From assembly GCA_963682015.1 (NCBI GenBank), contig OY820932.1, positions 1,050,618 to 1,114,617 on the forward strand: a stretch of DNA of 64,000 nucleotides. Direction: 5' to 3'. Under the pieces are notes generated by a model that worked only from the letters and a program-made list of their open reading frames with translations, was not told the origin of the DNA and ran no database searches. Positions 8,051 through 17,348 of the stretch are shown one piece after another; within the stretch, counting starts at the first letter, position 1, and the number at the start of each line of letters is the position of its first letter. The position numbers and the translations under genes were made by a program. This DNA comes from Smithellaceae bacterium. GTDB lineage: Bacteria; Desulfobacterota; Syntrophia; Syntrophales; Smithellaceae.

Positions 8051-9903
8051 GCAGCGCTTTTCTGCACGATGCATTAATTTACCTGGCCGCCGCGGTGGTC
8101 TTCGTCCCCATTGCCAAAAAGCTGGGGATGGGCTCGGTGCTGGGCTACCTGCTGGGCGGCATGATCATCGGCCCTTACTTTCTGGGCTTTGTGGGCGAGG
8201 AAGGAAAAGACATCCTCCACTTTGCCGAATTCGGCGTGGTCATGATGCTCTTTCTGATCGGGCTGGAACTGGAGCCGTCTCATTTATGGAAAATGCGCAG
8301 GCTGATCCTCGGCACCGGAATCGTGCAACTGGGAACCACGACAATCCTTTGCTTTGTCCTTTTGATGGTTGCCGGTTTTACCTGGCAGGCGGCGCTGGCC
8401 TCGGGGCTTGCTCTTTCCATGTCTTCCACGGCCATCGTCATGCAGACGCTCCGGGAAAAGGGACTCACAAAAACAGAGGCCGGAAAAAGTTCGTTTGCCG
8501 TCCTGCTTTTTCAGGATATTTCCGTCATCCCGATTCTGGCGCTTTTGCCGCTTCTGGCCGCCGCCGGCGTGAAAATGTCTTCCGGCGGGCCGTCCACTCT
8601 GATGGAAGGAATGTCCGGCTGGGGGCAAACGGCGACCCTGCTTGTCGCCGCCAACGCCGTCGTGGTTGCCGGCCGTTTTATTTTTATTCCGTTTCTGCGA
8701 TTTATCGCGCGCATCCGCCTAACCGAACTTTTTACCGCGGCGGCGCTTTTAATCGTAATCGCCACCGCCTACCTGATGATGCGGGTGGGGTTGAGTCCCG
8801 CGCTGGGTACTTTTCTGGCCGGACTGGTCCTCGCCAACAGTGAATTCCGCCACGAACTGGAAAGCGACATTGAACCGTTTAAAGGCATTCTGCTGGGCCT
8901 GTTCTTCATCGCCGTCGGCGCTTCCATCAACTTCACGCTGATTATGGACCATCCGGGGCGGATACTGGCGCTGGTCTGCGGCATTCTCATCGTCAAGTCT
9001 CTGGTTCTGTACGGAACAGGAAGGATTGCCCGCCTGAGCTTCGATCAAAACATGATCTTCAGCCTGGGCCTGGGTCAGGTCGGAGAATTCGCGTTCGTCC
9101 TTTTTGCGTTTATCGCCCAGCTCCGGATTCTTTCCGAACAGTGGACAGACATGATGATGGGCGCCACGGCAATCAGCATGACCGTTACGCCTTTTCTTCT
9201 GCTCGCCAATGAGCGCCTGATCCTGCCGCGAATCGGCACCCGGCAAGCTCCGGAGGAAAGAGAATCGGATGATATTTCCGGCGAACATTCCGTCATTATC
9301 GCCGGCTTCGGACATTTCGGCAGCACCGTCGGCCGGTTTCTGCGAGCCAGCGGCGTTCACGCGACCATCCTGGATAACGATTCCGACCGCGTTGATCTCC
9401 TGCGAAAAATGGGGTTTAAGGTTTTTTACGGCGACGCCACACGCCTGGACATTTTAAAATCGGCCGGGGCGCATGAGGCCAAAATACTGGTCGCCGCGAT
9501 TGACTCTCCCGAAATCAACCTGGATTTGATTGAAAAAACCCGTAAGGAATTCCCAAACCTGAACATCATGGTCCGCGCCAGAAGCCGTCTGGATGCCTAT
9601 GAACTCATGGATACGGGCATCCGGGATATTTATCGCGAATCGCTCGATACGTCCGTCCGTCTGGGCGTGGACGTTCTCATCAAACTGGGCTTCCGCAAAT
9701 ACAGCGCCAACCGCGCCGGCCTGAATTTTCTCAAATACGACGAGGCGGCTCTGCGTACCCTGGCCGCGCAACGTCATGACCAGGATTCCTACATATTCAC
9801 CACCCGCGAACAGATTGAGCTGCAGGAGCAGCTTCTGGCCAACGACCGGGGAAAAATCCCCAATGTCCACGACCATGCGTGGGATGAAAAGACGGAGAGT
9901 TGA
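8047..9903 (+). CDS. glutathione-regulated K+ efflux antiporter, KefB/KefC type (CPA2 family with a C-terminal RCK/KTN domain)
   Basis: The 618-aa protein has a polytopic N-terminal half and a HSVIIAGFGHFGSTVGRFL Rossmann-type KTN domain. Confidence 0.85.
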   Translation: MSSAFLHDALIYLAAAVVFVPIAKKLGMGSVLGYLLGGMIIGPYFLGFVGEEGKDILHFAEFGVVMMLFLIGLELEPSHLWKMRRLILGTGIVQLGTTTILCFVLLMVAGFTWQAALASGLALSMSSTAIVMQTLREKGLTKTEAGKSSFAVLLFQDISVIPILALLPLLAAAGVKMSSGGPSTLMEGMSGWGQTATLLVAANAVVVAGRFIFIPFLRFIARIRLTELFTAAALLIVIATAYLMMRVGLSPALGTFLAGLVLANSEFRHELESDIEPFKGILLGLFFIAVGASINFTLIMDHPGRILALVCGILIVKSLVLYGTGRIARLSFDQNMIFSLGLGQVGEFAFVLFAFIAQLRILSEQWTDMMMGATAISMTVTPFLLLANERLILPRIGTRQAPEERESDDISGEHSVIIAGFGHFGSTVGRFLRASGVHATILDNDSDRVDLLRKMGFKVFYGDATRLDILKSAGAHEAKILVAAIDSPEINLDLIEKTRKEFPNLNIMVRARSRLDAYELMDTGIRDIYRESLDTSVRLGVDVLIKLGFRKYSANRAGLNFLKYDEAALRTLAAQRHDQDSYIFTTREQIELQEQLLANDRGKIPNVHDHAWDEKTES

Positions 9904-9976
9904 AGGCAACGCCCCTGTTGCCGCGGAATGAAATCCTGCACATGATTTTTCCCCGCGGAGAAATGAGGGCACTGAT

Positions 9977-11089
9977 TTATTTCATGACGGGCTTAGACTT
10001 TTTCACCCTGGAAGGCAACGGAATATCCCTGATCTCATCGGCCTTTCCCTGGATAATAATTACCAGTTGTCTGACAATTCCCCGGATCTGTTCCGTCTGG
10101 GCGTTCATTTCCTCTGCGGCGCTGGCGGATTCCTCGGCTGTCGAAGCATTCTGCTGAGTTACCCGGTCGAGATCGGCAACCGCCTTGTTGATCTGATTGA
10201 TTCCCTGAGCCTGTTCCTGGGATGCCGCGGAAATCTCACTGACCAGTTCGCCAACCCTGGATGTACTGACGGCCACCTCGGCAAATGCTTCGTTTGTCCT
10301 GGCAACCAGATCCGTGCCGTCCTTCACTTTTTTCACGGTTCCTTCAATCAGGGCGGACGTGTTCTTCGCCGCATCGGCCGACCGCATCGCGAGGTTCCGA
10401 ACCTCGTCGGCAACCACGGCAAAACCGGCGCCGGCTTCTCCCGCGCGCGCCGCCTCCACGGCGGCATTCAGGGCCAGCAGGTTGGTCTGGAAGGCAATCT
10501 CGTCTATGGTTTTAATGATCTTTGATGTTTCCATACTGGCCTGAGATATCTCCTGCATTGAACGTGTCAGCTCTTCCATGGATGCATTGGCTTTCTGGAT
10601 GACCTGATTGGTCTGTTTCATGAGACCGTCGGCCTGACTGGCATTGCCGGCATTCCCCCTGGTCATGGCGGACATTTCTTCCAGGGAGGAGGAGGATTCC
10701 TCGATGGCCGCCGCCTGAGCGGACGCCCCTTCCGCCAGATTCTGCGTGGAGCTGGAAACCAGAGAAGCCGCGGCGTTCATTTCACCGGTTGATCCATTGA
10801 TTTCATCCGCAACCTTCTGGATTTGAGAGATGAATCCTTTCCCGACGAGAATAAAGTTGGCAATCAGAATGCCCATTGCGAAAACAAGCGTCAGTTTTGT
10901 CCATCCGACGCCACCTGTTCGTCCGGCGATATAGCCGGCCAGGATAGCGAGGATAACGCCGGGCACAATCCGTACGAACAATTTGACGGTCAATGTATTT
11001 CCCAGAAAATATCGAAGAACACCGGCGATAACCGCTGCTGCAATGATATACGTAACCAACTTGACGGCGCATTCGACAAACAACTCCAT
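9977..11089 (-). CDS. methyl-accepting chemotaxis protein
   Basis: Two N-terminal TM helices precede the conserved MCP signalling hairpin ([40 protein letters not shown]). The start is the ATG at 11089, with an AGGAGG RBS. Confidence 0.85.
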   Translation of the reverse strand: MELFVECAVKLVTYIIAAAVIAGVLRYFLGNTLTVKLFVRIVPGVILAILAGYIAGRTGGVGWTKLTLVFAMGILIANFILVGKGFISQIQKVADEINGSTGEMNAAASLVSSSTQNLAEGASAQAAAIEESSSSLEEMSAMTRGNAGNASQADGLMKQTNQVIQKANASMEELTRSMQEISQASMETSKIIKTIDEIAFQTNLLALNAAVEAARAGEAGAGFAVVADEVRNLAMRSADAAKNTSALIEGTVKKVKDGTDLVARTNEAFAEVAVSTSRVGELVSEISAASQEQAQGINQINKAVADLDRVTQQNASTAEESASAAEEMNAQTEQIRGIVRQLVIIIQGKADEIRDIPLPSRVKKSKPVMK

Positions 11090-11318
11090 AATATCCTCCT
11101 GTCTGTAAAAACCATAGCAATTCAAACAACTTGACTAAATCATGCTCTGCATGACCACAGGCGAACATCGGTATTCATGGCACAAAACTTTAGGGGCTAT
11201 ATTGTGACAGATCAAAGACAAAGAGAATGAAAGGGATAAAAAACCACTGTAATTTCTTCTTTCAGCCGGCAACAGATAACGATGAGGAGAACAAATCAAA
11301 AGGGATAAAGTGATTTGG

Positions 11319-12434
11319 TCAGGAATTGTTTAACACCCGTCTTCTGATGTAATCATCCGGATACAGCTTTTGCAGGCAATCAGGACAGATCCCGTGACTG
11401 AATTCAGCATCCGAGCGATCCGTGATATATGATTCAATCCTGTTCCAGTACCCCTTGTCGTCACGGATTTTTTTACAGGAGGAGCAGATCGGAAGCAGAC
11501 CTTTTAGAGTCTTGACGTTCTTCAATGCCTGTTGAAGTTCCACAATCAGTTTCTCACGATCTTTTTCTATCTGCTTGCGTTCGGTGATATCGCGAATGAT
11601 GGCGCACTTGCCGGCGGGATTGCCTGCATCGTCCCGCAGGAGAAACGCCCGCAATTCAATCGGGAAGACCGTGCCGTCTTTTCTGCGGTATTCTTTTTCG
11701 TAAATATCCGAATATCCCCGCGGGAAAACCTGCTTTTCGTGAACCTCGGCTTCAAAGGCATGCCATTTTTCCGGAGTAATATCCTTATAAGTAAATTTTT
11801 TCAGTTCCTCAGGACTGTATCCTAGCATCTCCAGGTAAGCTTCATTAAATTCCCGGATCGTGCCGTCCAGTTCGAAATGGACAAAAGCATCCCGCATACT
11901 GCTGTGCAGAAGGCGGTATTTAGCTTCCGATTTGCGGAGCGCTTCTTCCGCGCTTATCCGGTCGGTGATATCCCTGAATACGCCTTCAATCCCGAAAACA
12001 TTACCTCCACTGTCATGGGAAAACTGGATGTTGGCCGACACAATAACCGGCGCGCCGCTATCCCTTCGTTTGAGTGTTATCTCCTGTCTTGTGAGTTTTC
12101 CATGCTTCTGAAGCATTTTCATATGCTTTTTCGCTTCTGCCGGATGATAATATAAACTGTTGCCGATGTTGATCCCGATGGTTTCTTCCACGGATGAACA
12201 ACCGATAATCTGCGCCGCGGACGGAGAGGCGAATGTGATGTATCCCTTTAAATCAGAACGAAATACGCCATCCTGCATATTGTTGACGAGCGCCCGGAAT
12301 TGCTCCTCTTTTTGCTGTAGCGTTTTTTCAGCCTCTTTTCGCTTCTTTTCCGATGTTTCCAGCTTGCGGATTTTCCGCTTCAGCAGGGCATTTTCTTGGA
12401 TGATTTCCTGTTTTGTTTTGGATGAATCGCTCAT
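11319..12434 (-). CDS. PAS-domain sensor protein with a C-terminal Cys/His-rich module (LPICSSCKKIRDD..FSHGICPDC)
   Basis: An N-terminal coiled coil is followed by two PAS/PAC units (..FRDITDRISAEE.., ..IRDITERKQIE..) and then a ~60-aa CxxC...HxxCxxC tail. The start is the ATG at 12434, with an AGGAGG RBS. Confidence 0.8.
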   Translation of the reverse strand: MSDSSKTKQEIIQENALLKRKIRKLETSEKKRKEAEKTLQQKEEQFRALVNNMQDGVFRSDLKGYITFASPSAAQIIGCSSVEETIGINIGNSLYYHPAEAKKHMKMLQKHGKLTRQEITLKRRDSGAPVIVSANIQFSHDSGGNVFGIEGVFRDITDRISAEEALRKSEAKYRLLHSSMRDAFVHFELDGTIREFNEAYLEMLGYSPEELKKFTYKDITPEKWHAFEAEVHEKQVFPRGYSDIYEKEYRRKDGTVFPIELRAFLLRDDAGNPAGKCAIIRDITERKQIEKDREKLIVELQQALKNVKTLKGLLPICSSCKKIRDDKGYWNRIESYITDRSDAEFSHGICPDCLQKLYPDDYIRRRVLNNS

Positions 12435-12703
12435 TGGATGCAGCCTCCTGCCAGTAAAAAACATACTGAATGGAAACAACACGGACGCGCTGAACAATGT
12501 TTACAAAAATTGGTTTTGCATACCTGATAACCGCGGTAATGTCAAAAAGAAAGAACGGCGGCCAGGTACGGATAATATTTGGAAATATTGGGCGGATGTC
12601 AGTGATGAGCAACACATAATTGCAGGTTGTTACTCCTGATGATTCTCAAATCCGCATTTCAGAAAATTCTTGCAGGAACAACCCGGAATATGAATGGTTG
12701 CGC

Positions 12704-12812
12704 CCTTCTTCCCAAGATATTCTTGACTTGCCGATTCCCCTTTCCTGTACTTCAGCCGGATACTACGGAGAATACATTATGCCTGAAATTATTGCTGTTC
12801 ATTCTTTTCGCG
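12704..12812 (+). repeat. direct repeat copy 1 (promoter, leader and first 11 codons of a MinD-like gene)
   Basis: It is roughly 90% identical by eye to 13940..14048, at an offset of 1236 bp. Confidence 0.85.
12723..12751 (+). promoter_or_regulatory. sigma70-type promoter (TTGACT-17 nt-TGTACT)
   Basis: The -35 TTGACT is at 12723..12728 and the -10 TGTACT at 12746..12751, about 28 nt upstream of the MinD-like ATG. Confidence 0.45.
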
Positions 12813-12990
12813 GCGGTACGGGAAAATCCAACACCACGGCAAATCTGGCCTGCCTGATTGCCGGAAAGGGAAAGCGCGTCGGCGTGGTGGATGCGGACAT
12901 CCAGTCGCCCGGTATTCATGTTCTGTCCAACCTGGACTCGAAAGACATTACGCGCATATTCTCCCCGATCACCACTACCGGACAATTGAT
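12779..12990 (+). pseudogene. truncated MinD/ParA-family P-loop ATPase (only the N-terminal ~50-70 aa retained)
   Basis: MPEIIAVHSFRGGTGKSNTTANLACLIAGKGKRVGVVDADIQSPGIHVL is a deviant Walker A region. Similarity then stops, and the frame continues only as antisense of the lipoprotein gene. Confidence 0.65.
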
Positions 12991-12991
12991 T

Positions 12992-13744
12992 TTATCTGGG
13001 CGCCTTATGATAACCGGCCTTGATCGCCTCTTCTTCGGAATCAAATTTTACACGGTGATAAGCCTTGACGGCATTGTAGTATTTCATACCCGGTAGGTGA
13101 TATAGCTTACTGTCACGATTGCCGACCACTTTTGTCTTTTGCTCCGCCGGAGAAACCGCCGCCGGTGGTGTTTTTGCCGGGGGTTCGGCTGTCGCTTTTT
13201 GTGCCGGCTTTGCCGCGTCCCACTTGACAATGATGGACTTGAGTTCTTCAACTTTTCCCTTGGCGCCGGCGGGATCCCTGGCAATCATGTCTTTTATCTT
13301 TTGCAGACTCTCCGTAAAAGTTTTTACATCTTCTTCCCAAGCGTCCTTTTTATTCTTGTCTTTGTTATCCATTTTTATACCGCTTTTGAGGCTCACCCAG
13401 CTTCCCTCCAATGCAGCAACCGCCGCCTGAGCTTCCGCGGCCGCGCGCTTCTTGCCTTCTCCAACGGCGCCGGCTGTCTTCTCGAAGGCGGCCCTGGCGG
13501 ACAGGTAACCCTGCCGGGCTTCCTCATACTTTTTTTCTTTCATGAACGTTTCAGCGGCTTCCCAGGCCTGCCGGGCTTTATTCAAGTCGGCTGTTGCGTA
13601 CTTGTCGGCACCGGAAGATACGGCGGCATCCGCCGCCGCTTTTGCAGCCGCCTTCTCGGCTTCAGGAGGCTTGGCACAGCCAATAAAAACAACAGTTAGC
13701 GCAAGAATGATGATCAACGATACTGAATACCTGAAATGTGTCAT
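12992..13744 (-). CDS. lipoprotein with an Ala/Lys/Glu-rich helical region and a C-terminal Cys-less Ada-Zn-finger-like motif (SKLYHLPGMKYY...FDSEEEAIKAGY)
   Basis: A lipobox-type signal reads ..LTVVFIGC and an AGGAGGA RBS is present. The C-terminal motif resembles the widespread YHxPGCxxY...F.S.eeA..aGYrPCk.C module, but all Cys positions are replaced. Confidence 0.7.
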   Translation of the reverse strand: MTHFRYSVSLIIILALTVVFIGCAKPPEAEKAAAKAAADAAVSSGADKYATADLNKARQAWEAAETFMKEKKYEEARQGYLSARAAFEKTAGAVGEGKKRAAAEAQAAVAALEGSWVSLKSGIKMDNKDKNKKDAWEEDVKTFTESLQKIKDMIARDPAGAKGKVEELKSIIVKWDAAKPAQKATAEPPAKTPPAAVSPAEQKTKVVGNRDSKLYHLPGMKYYNAVKAYHRVKFDSEEEAIKAGYHKAPR

Positions 13745-13939
13745 AACAGTCCTCCTTCATATTTCGAGAAATAATGCCGCAAATTATCCCTTTCCTATTG
13801 TTTGTCAATAAAATTCTCGATTCGCGCCTCCCCGCTCGGCATTTTTCCTGACAGATGATTATTTTGTGATTTGTGACCATCATTACACATGCATCAGGAA
13901 GGCTCCTTCCAACGATAACAAACGACATAGAACGTTGAA

Positions 13940-14048
13940 CTCTTTTCCGAAGATAGGCTTGACTTGCCGATGCCCCTTTCCTATACTCCAGCCGGATACT
14001 GCGGAGAACGCATTATACCTGAAATTATTGCTGTTCATTCTTTTCGCA
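13940..14048 (+). repeat. direct repeat copy 2 (degraded MinD-like 5' end)
   Basis: It is the same ~108 bp as 12704..12812. The start codon is changed from ATG to ATA (14015..14017), and the P-loop region degenerates afterwards (FRGGTGKS becomes FRRGATKD). Confidence 0.85.
13959..13987 (+). promoter_or_regulatory. near-consensus sigma70 promoter (TTGACT-17 nt-TATACT)
   Basis: The -35 is at 13959..13964 and the -10 at 13982..13987. It points toward the ADH gene at 14155. Confidence 0.55.
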
Positions 14049-14154
14049 GAGGCGCGACAAAAGACGTTTCCGATATTGAGGAAACCAAATACTTCCGCGC
14101 ATTGAAAGAAAAGGCCCGGAAATTCCGGGTATCCTGAAAACTGGAGATTTGCAT

Positions 14155-15123
14155 ATGACCACCATGGCGGCCGCGGTCTTTGACGGCCGGTTTCAATATG
14201 TCCGGAATCATCTCCGGCCCGAACTTCAACCGGGCTGGGCGGTTATCCGTGTCAAACTCGCCGGCATCTGCCGGACCGATATGGAAATTCTGAAAGGATA
14301 CATGGGATTCAAAGGAATTCCGGGCCACGAGTTTGTCGGCATCGTGGAAGAATGCACAGTGGCGTCATGGATCGGACAGCGGGTCGTGGGGGAAATCAAC
14401 GCAGCCTGCGGAAATTGCGACTGGTGCGCCCGCGGGCTAAGCCGGCACTGTCCGCACCGCACTACCCTGGGCATCAACCGTCTTGACGGCTGCATGGCCG
14501 AATTCTGCAAGCTTCCGGTGGCAAACCTTCTGCCCGTTCCGGAAAACATTCCCGACGAATGGGCCTGCCTCACCGAACCTCTTTCGGCGGCCTGTGAAAT
14601 TTTGGAACAATTGCCCGTGAGCGGAAAAGAAAGAATTCTGGTTCTGGGTGACGGACGCATGGGCATTCTTTGCGCATTGGTTCTGGCCACCGTCGCGCAG
14701 GACGTTACCTTGGTGGGCCATCACCCCGAAAAACTGGCGGCAGCAAAATGGAGGCATGTGCAAACAGCTCTGAGCCGCGAAAACATTGAGCCGGGCGCCG
14801 ATATCGTCGTGGAGGCCACGGGGTCGGAAACCGGCATCGTATCGGCCATGGCGCTGTGCCGCCCTCGCGGGACGATTGTCCTGAAATCCACACTGGCCGT
14901 CTCCGCCGACGTCAACCTGGCCCCGGTTGTCGTTAATGAGCAGACGATCCTGGGATCACGCTGCGGAAGGTTTACCGAGGGGCTTCGCATTTTGAAAACC
15001 TTTCCGGATATGCCTTTTGACAAATTTATTTCGGCACGTTATCCGCTGGAGAAAGTACAGGATGCATTTGCCCGGGCAAAACAAAGCAATGCAATCAAAG
15101 TGCTGCTGGACATTCACCCGTGA
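14155..15123 (+). CDS. zinc-dependent alcohol dehydrogenase family (MDR) protein
   Basis: CRTDMEILKG..GHEFVG is the catalytic Zn motif and CGNCDWCARGLSRHC is the structural Zn motif. ILVLGDGRMG is the Rossmann motif. The ATG at 14155 lies 7 nt after GGAGA. Confidence 0.85.
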   Translation: MTTMAAAVFDGRFQYVRNHLRPELQPGWAVIRVKLAGICRTDMEILKGYMGFKGIPGHEFVGIVEECTVASWIGQRVVGEINAACGNCDWCARGLSRHCPHRTTLGINRLDGCMAEFCKLPVANLLPVPENIPDEWACLTEPLSAACEILEQLPVSGKERILVLGDGRMGILCALVLATVAQDVTLVGHHPEKLAAAKWRHVQTALSRENIEPGADIVVEATGSETGIVSAMALCRPRGTIVLKSTLAVSADVNLAPVVVNEQTILGSRCGRFTEGLRILKTFPDMPFDKFISARYPLEKVQDAFARAKQSNAIKVLLDIHP

Positions 15124-15553
15124 AAGCGTGGACGAGGTCATGGCACAGTTGTTTACACTCTCCTGCGGCGTCGTCCGGCGGCAGCGTTCGGATGACAAGA
15201 TCAAGCCCGCGCTTCTGGCCGTGGACCACGAAATAGACGCCAGCGCCAACGCAATTGCCGACGCAGGAGGGGTGAAGAGCTTGATGTCAGAGGTTAGGTG
15301 TCAGGCGCTCTACCCAAGAAATAATTCAGAATAAATGATCGAGTCAAAAAGACTCGATCAAACATGTCTTCTGTATCTACTAATCAAAAAGGCTAATTGT
15401 AGATGACAACAACTAATATTGATTGATATTCAACCACTTTTTGTGTTAGCTGCAATCATCTCCAGAATAGACTTTGCACAAAAAACCGGATTTTAATATT
15501 ACGTTGATTAATTGTTAAAGAAGGCAAATATTAATTCATACGGAGAATGATGA

Positions 15554-16081
15554 ATGGCACTAACAAAATGCAAAGAATGCGGCAAAGAAGTCAACGATAC
15601 GGTCGGTAAATGCCCCCATTGCGGGGCCTCCTTATTATCCAGAAATAAAATCGGTTGGGTTGTATTTTTCGGCATATTCATTCTGGCTGGAATTATCGGG
15701 ATGTGTATGAAGGATACAACACCTATGCTTAAAGAAGCAAATGTGCCTTCATCCAAAGAATCAACCACACAGCAGGAAATCATATCCATCACAGCCGAAC
15801 AGCTATACAAAGATTATGAAGCAAACGAAATCGCGGCGGATCAGAAATATAAAAATAAATCCATTAAAGTCACTGGAACGGTTCGTGTCATTGGGAAAAC
15901 TATCGGAGATGCACCTTTTATAAACCTTGCAACAGGAAATTACTCTCATCAGGTTATGGTTTCATTTCCTGCTAAAGTATACGACAATGAACTGGCGAAA
16001 TACTCCTCGGGAACTCAAGTTGAGATTACGGGAACTTGCAGGGGGCGAACACTTGGAATGGTTTCAATATCTCTAAGATAA
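15554..16081 (+). CDS. zinc-ribbon / single-TM / OB-fold (tRNA_anti-like) protein
   Basis: The N-terminus has CKECGKEV..CPHCG, followed by one TM helix. The C-terminal AEQLYKDYEANEIAADQKYKNKSIKVTGTV pattern matches the tRNA_anti-like OB-fold family. The surrounding DNA is visibly AT-rich. Confidence 0.6.
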   Translation: MALTKCKECGKEVNDTVGKCPHCGASLLSRNKIGWVVFFGIFILAGIIGMCMKDTTPMLKEANVPSSKESTTQQEIISITAEQLYKDYEANEIAADQKYKNKSIKVTGTVRVIGKTIGDAPFINLATGNYSHQVMVSFPAKVYDNELAKYSSGTQVEITGTCRGRTLGMVSISLR

Positions 16082-16339
16082 AGACCGCGACAATCATTAA
16101 TATTATAATAAATACGGCACATCACAAAGAGGGACATGAAGGTCAAGTCTCTTCATGGCTCATGTTGTGATGCTTCGATCATCTGATTGGGCCAAAATGC
16201 TTGAACCACCCCTTGCCCCGCCAGCGGGGGAGATTGAAAAAACACATGAATCATTCCCTGTTCGTGGCGACACAGTCTCTTCTCGAGACCTCATGATAAA
16301 AAATACAAAGGCAAGGAATGACAGATGTTGATATTATTC

Positions 16340-16374
16340 TTCACCCTTCACGCCTTACGCTTCACCCCTCACGG
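16340..16374. repeat. TTCACCCTTCAC-type repeat (family E)
   Basis: ttcacccttcacgccttacgcttcacccctcacgg overlaps the stop of the 16369 gene. A related copy at 60192..60221 sits just after the stop of the MaoC gene. Confidence 0.5.
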
Positions 16375-17235
16375 CACATCCAGAAATACTTTCTCCCCCG
16401 AAAGGTCGTCCAGGAGCAGTTCGTCCTGCGGGTCGAGGTAGCGAGCGTAGTCCAGATATTGTTGAACAGCGAGTTTGAGCCCTCTGGCCCTGTAGCATTG
16501 CGCCAGGCGGACATAGACACCGGGATTCAGCGGCGTCAGTTTCCGGGATTTTTCCAGGAGAGCTGCGGCCTGATCCAGGTCTCCCCCGGCAATGGAAGGT
16601 GTCAGTAAATAATAGGTTCCCACCGCATAGAGCACTTCGGCGGAGTCGGGCATCTGTCTTCGCGCCTCTTTCAGATAACCGTTGACTTCAAAATACGCGG
16701 CAATCGCCCGGACGAGGTTTCTCTTGACCAGAATCCCTTTCGCGCCGGACGCCACCAGCAGGCTCAACGCAAAATGAAATCGGGACAGCTCTTTTCTCCG
16801 GTCGATCATCTGCAGCGCCCCTTCATAGGACCGGTCAAAATCCTTCCGCAGATAATCCAGGTGGGCCAGAGTAGCCCGGGCCGGATAAAAATCCGGGTGC
16901 AGCCTGACGACACCGGTCAGAACAACGCGGCTTTCCGACAAGCGGTGGTCCCACATCAGAACAATGCCCTGCAGCAGTTTAACCGCCGGCTGGTCCGGCA
17001 TCTTCTTTTCGCAATCACCCAGAAGTTTTTTCAGCTTTGCTTTCTGAAACTCCCGGTAATAGAGGATGGTGAGCACATAAACATCCCCGGCCGACTTATC
17101 CGGCTTATTTTCCAGGCTGAGCACCGCGCCCGGAGACATCATCAGCGCGGCATCCGCCGGACTTTTCCAGTCGGCTGCCGAAGTGGAGAAACAAAAAAGC
17201 AAAACCAGTATGACGGAGAGAAAAATATTTTTCAT
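16369..17235 (-). CDS. periplasmic TPR-like protein (possibly TatT-like)
   Basis: The start is the ATG at 17235 (MKNIFLSVILVLLFCFSTSA signal). The C-terminal part looks like helical repeats (..GDLDQAAALLEKSRKLTPLNPGVYVRLAQCYRARG..). The family assignment is tentative. Confidence 0.45.
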   Translation of the reverse strand: MKNIFLSVILVLLFCFSTSAADWKSPADAALMMSPGAVLSLENKPDKSAGDVYVLTILYYREFQKAKLKKLLGDCEKKMPDQPAVKLLQGIVLMWDHRLSESRVVLTGVVRLHPDFYPARATLAHLDYLRKDFDRSYEGALQMIDRRKELSRFHFALSLLVASGAKGILVKRNLVRAIAAYFEVNGYLKEARRQMPDSAEVLYAVGTYYLLTPSIAGGDLDQAAALLEKSRKLTPLNPGVYVRLAQCYRARGLKLAVQQYLDYARYLDPQDELLLDDLSGEKVFLDVP

Positions 17236-17348
17236 ATCGCAGGCAATGTATAAAAAGAATGACACCGTCTGTCAACGGGAAAGGGGCAGGAGGACAGGAT
17301 CAAAAAAACCGGCGGATGAAGACCGACTTCAATCCAACCCGGTTCCCT

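Noticed and set aside
12620-13096. A 158-aa ORF taken at face value as an intact gene.
   Set aside because: Only residues from the internal Met (12779) look like a MinD-type ATPase, and only for about 50-70 aa. The remainder is antisense to the lipoprotein gene. It is therefore called a pseudogene fragment.
15285-15325. A tRNA-like string on the minus strand (TTGGGTAGAGCGCCTGAC, resembling a D-arm/anticodon-stem junction) at the edge of the AT-rich islet.
   Set aside because: No acceptor stem, no paired anticodon stem and no T-arm (GTTCGAATC-type) can be found on either side. The match is too short to call a tRNA or an att remnant.
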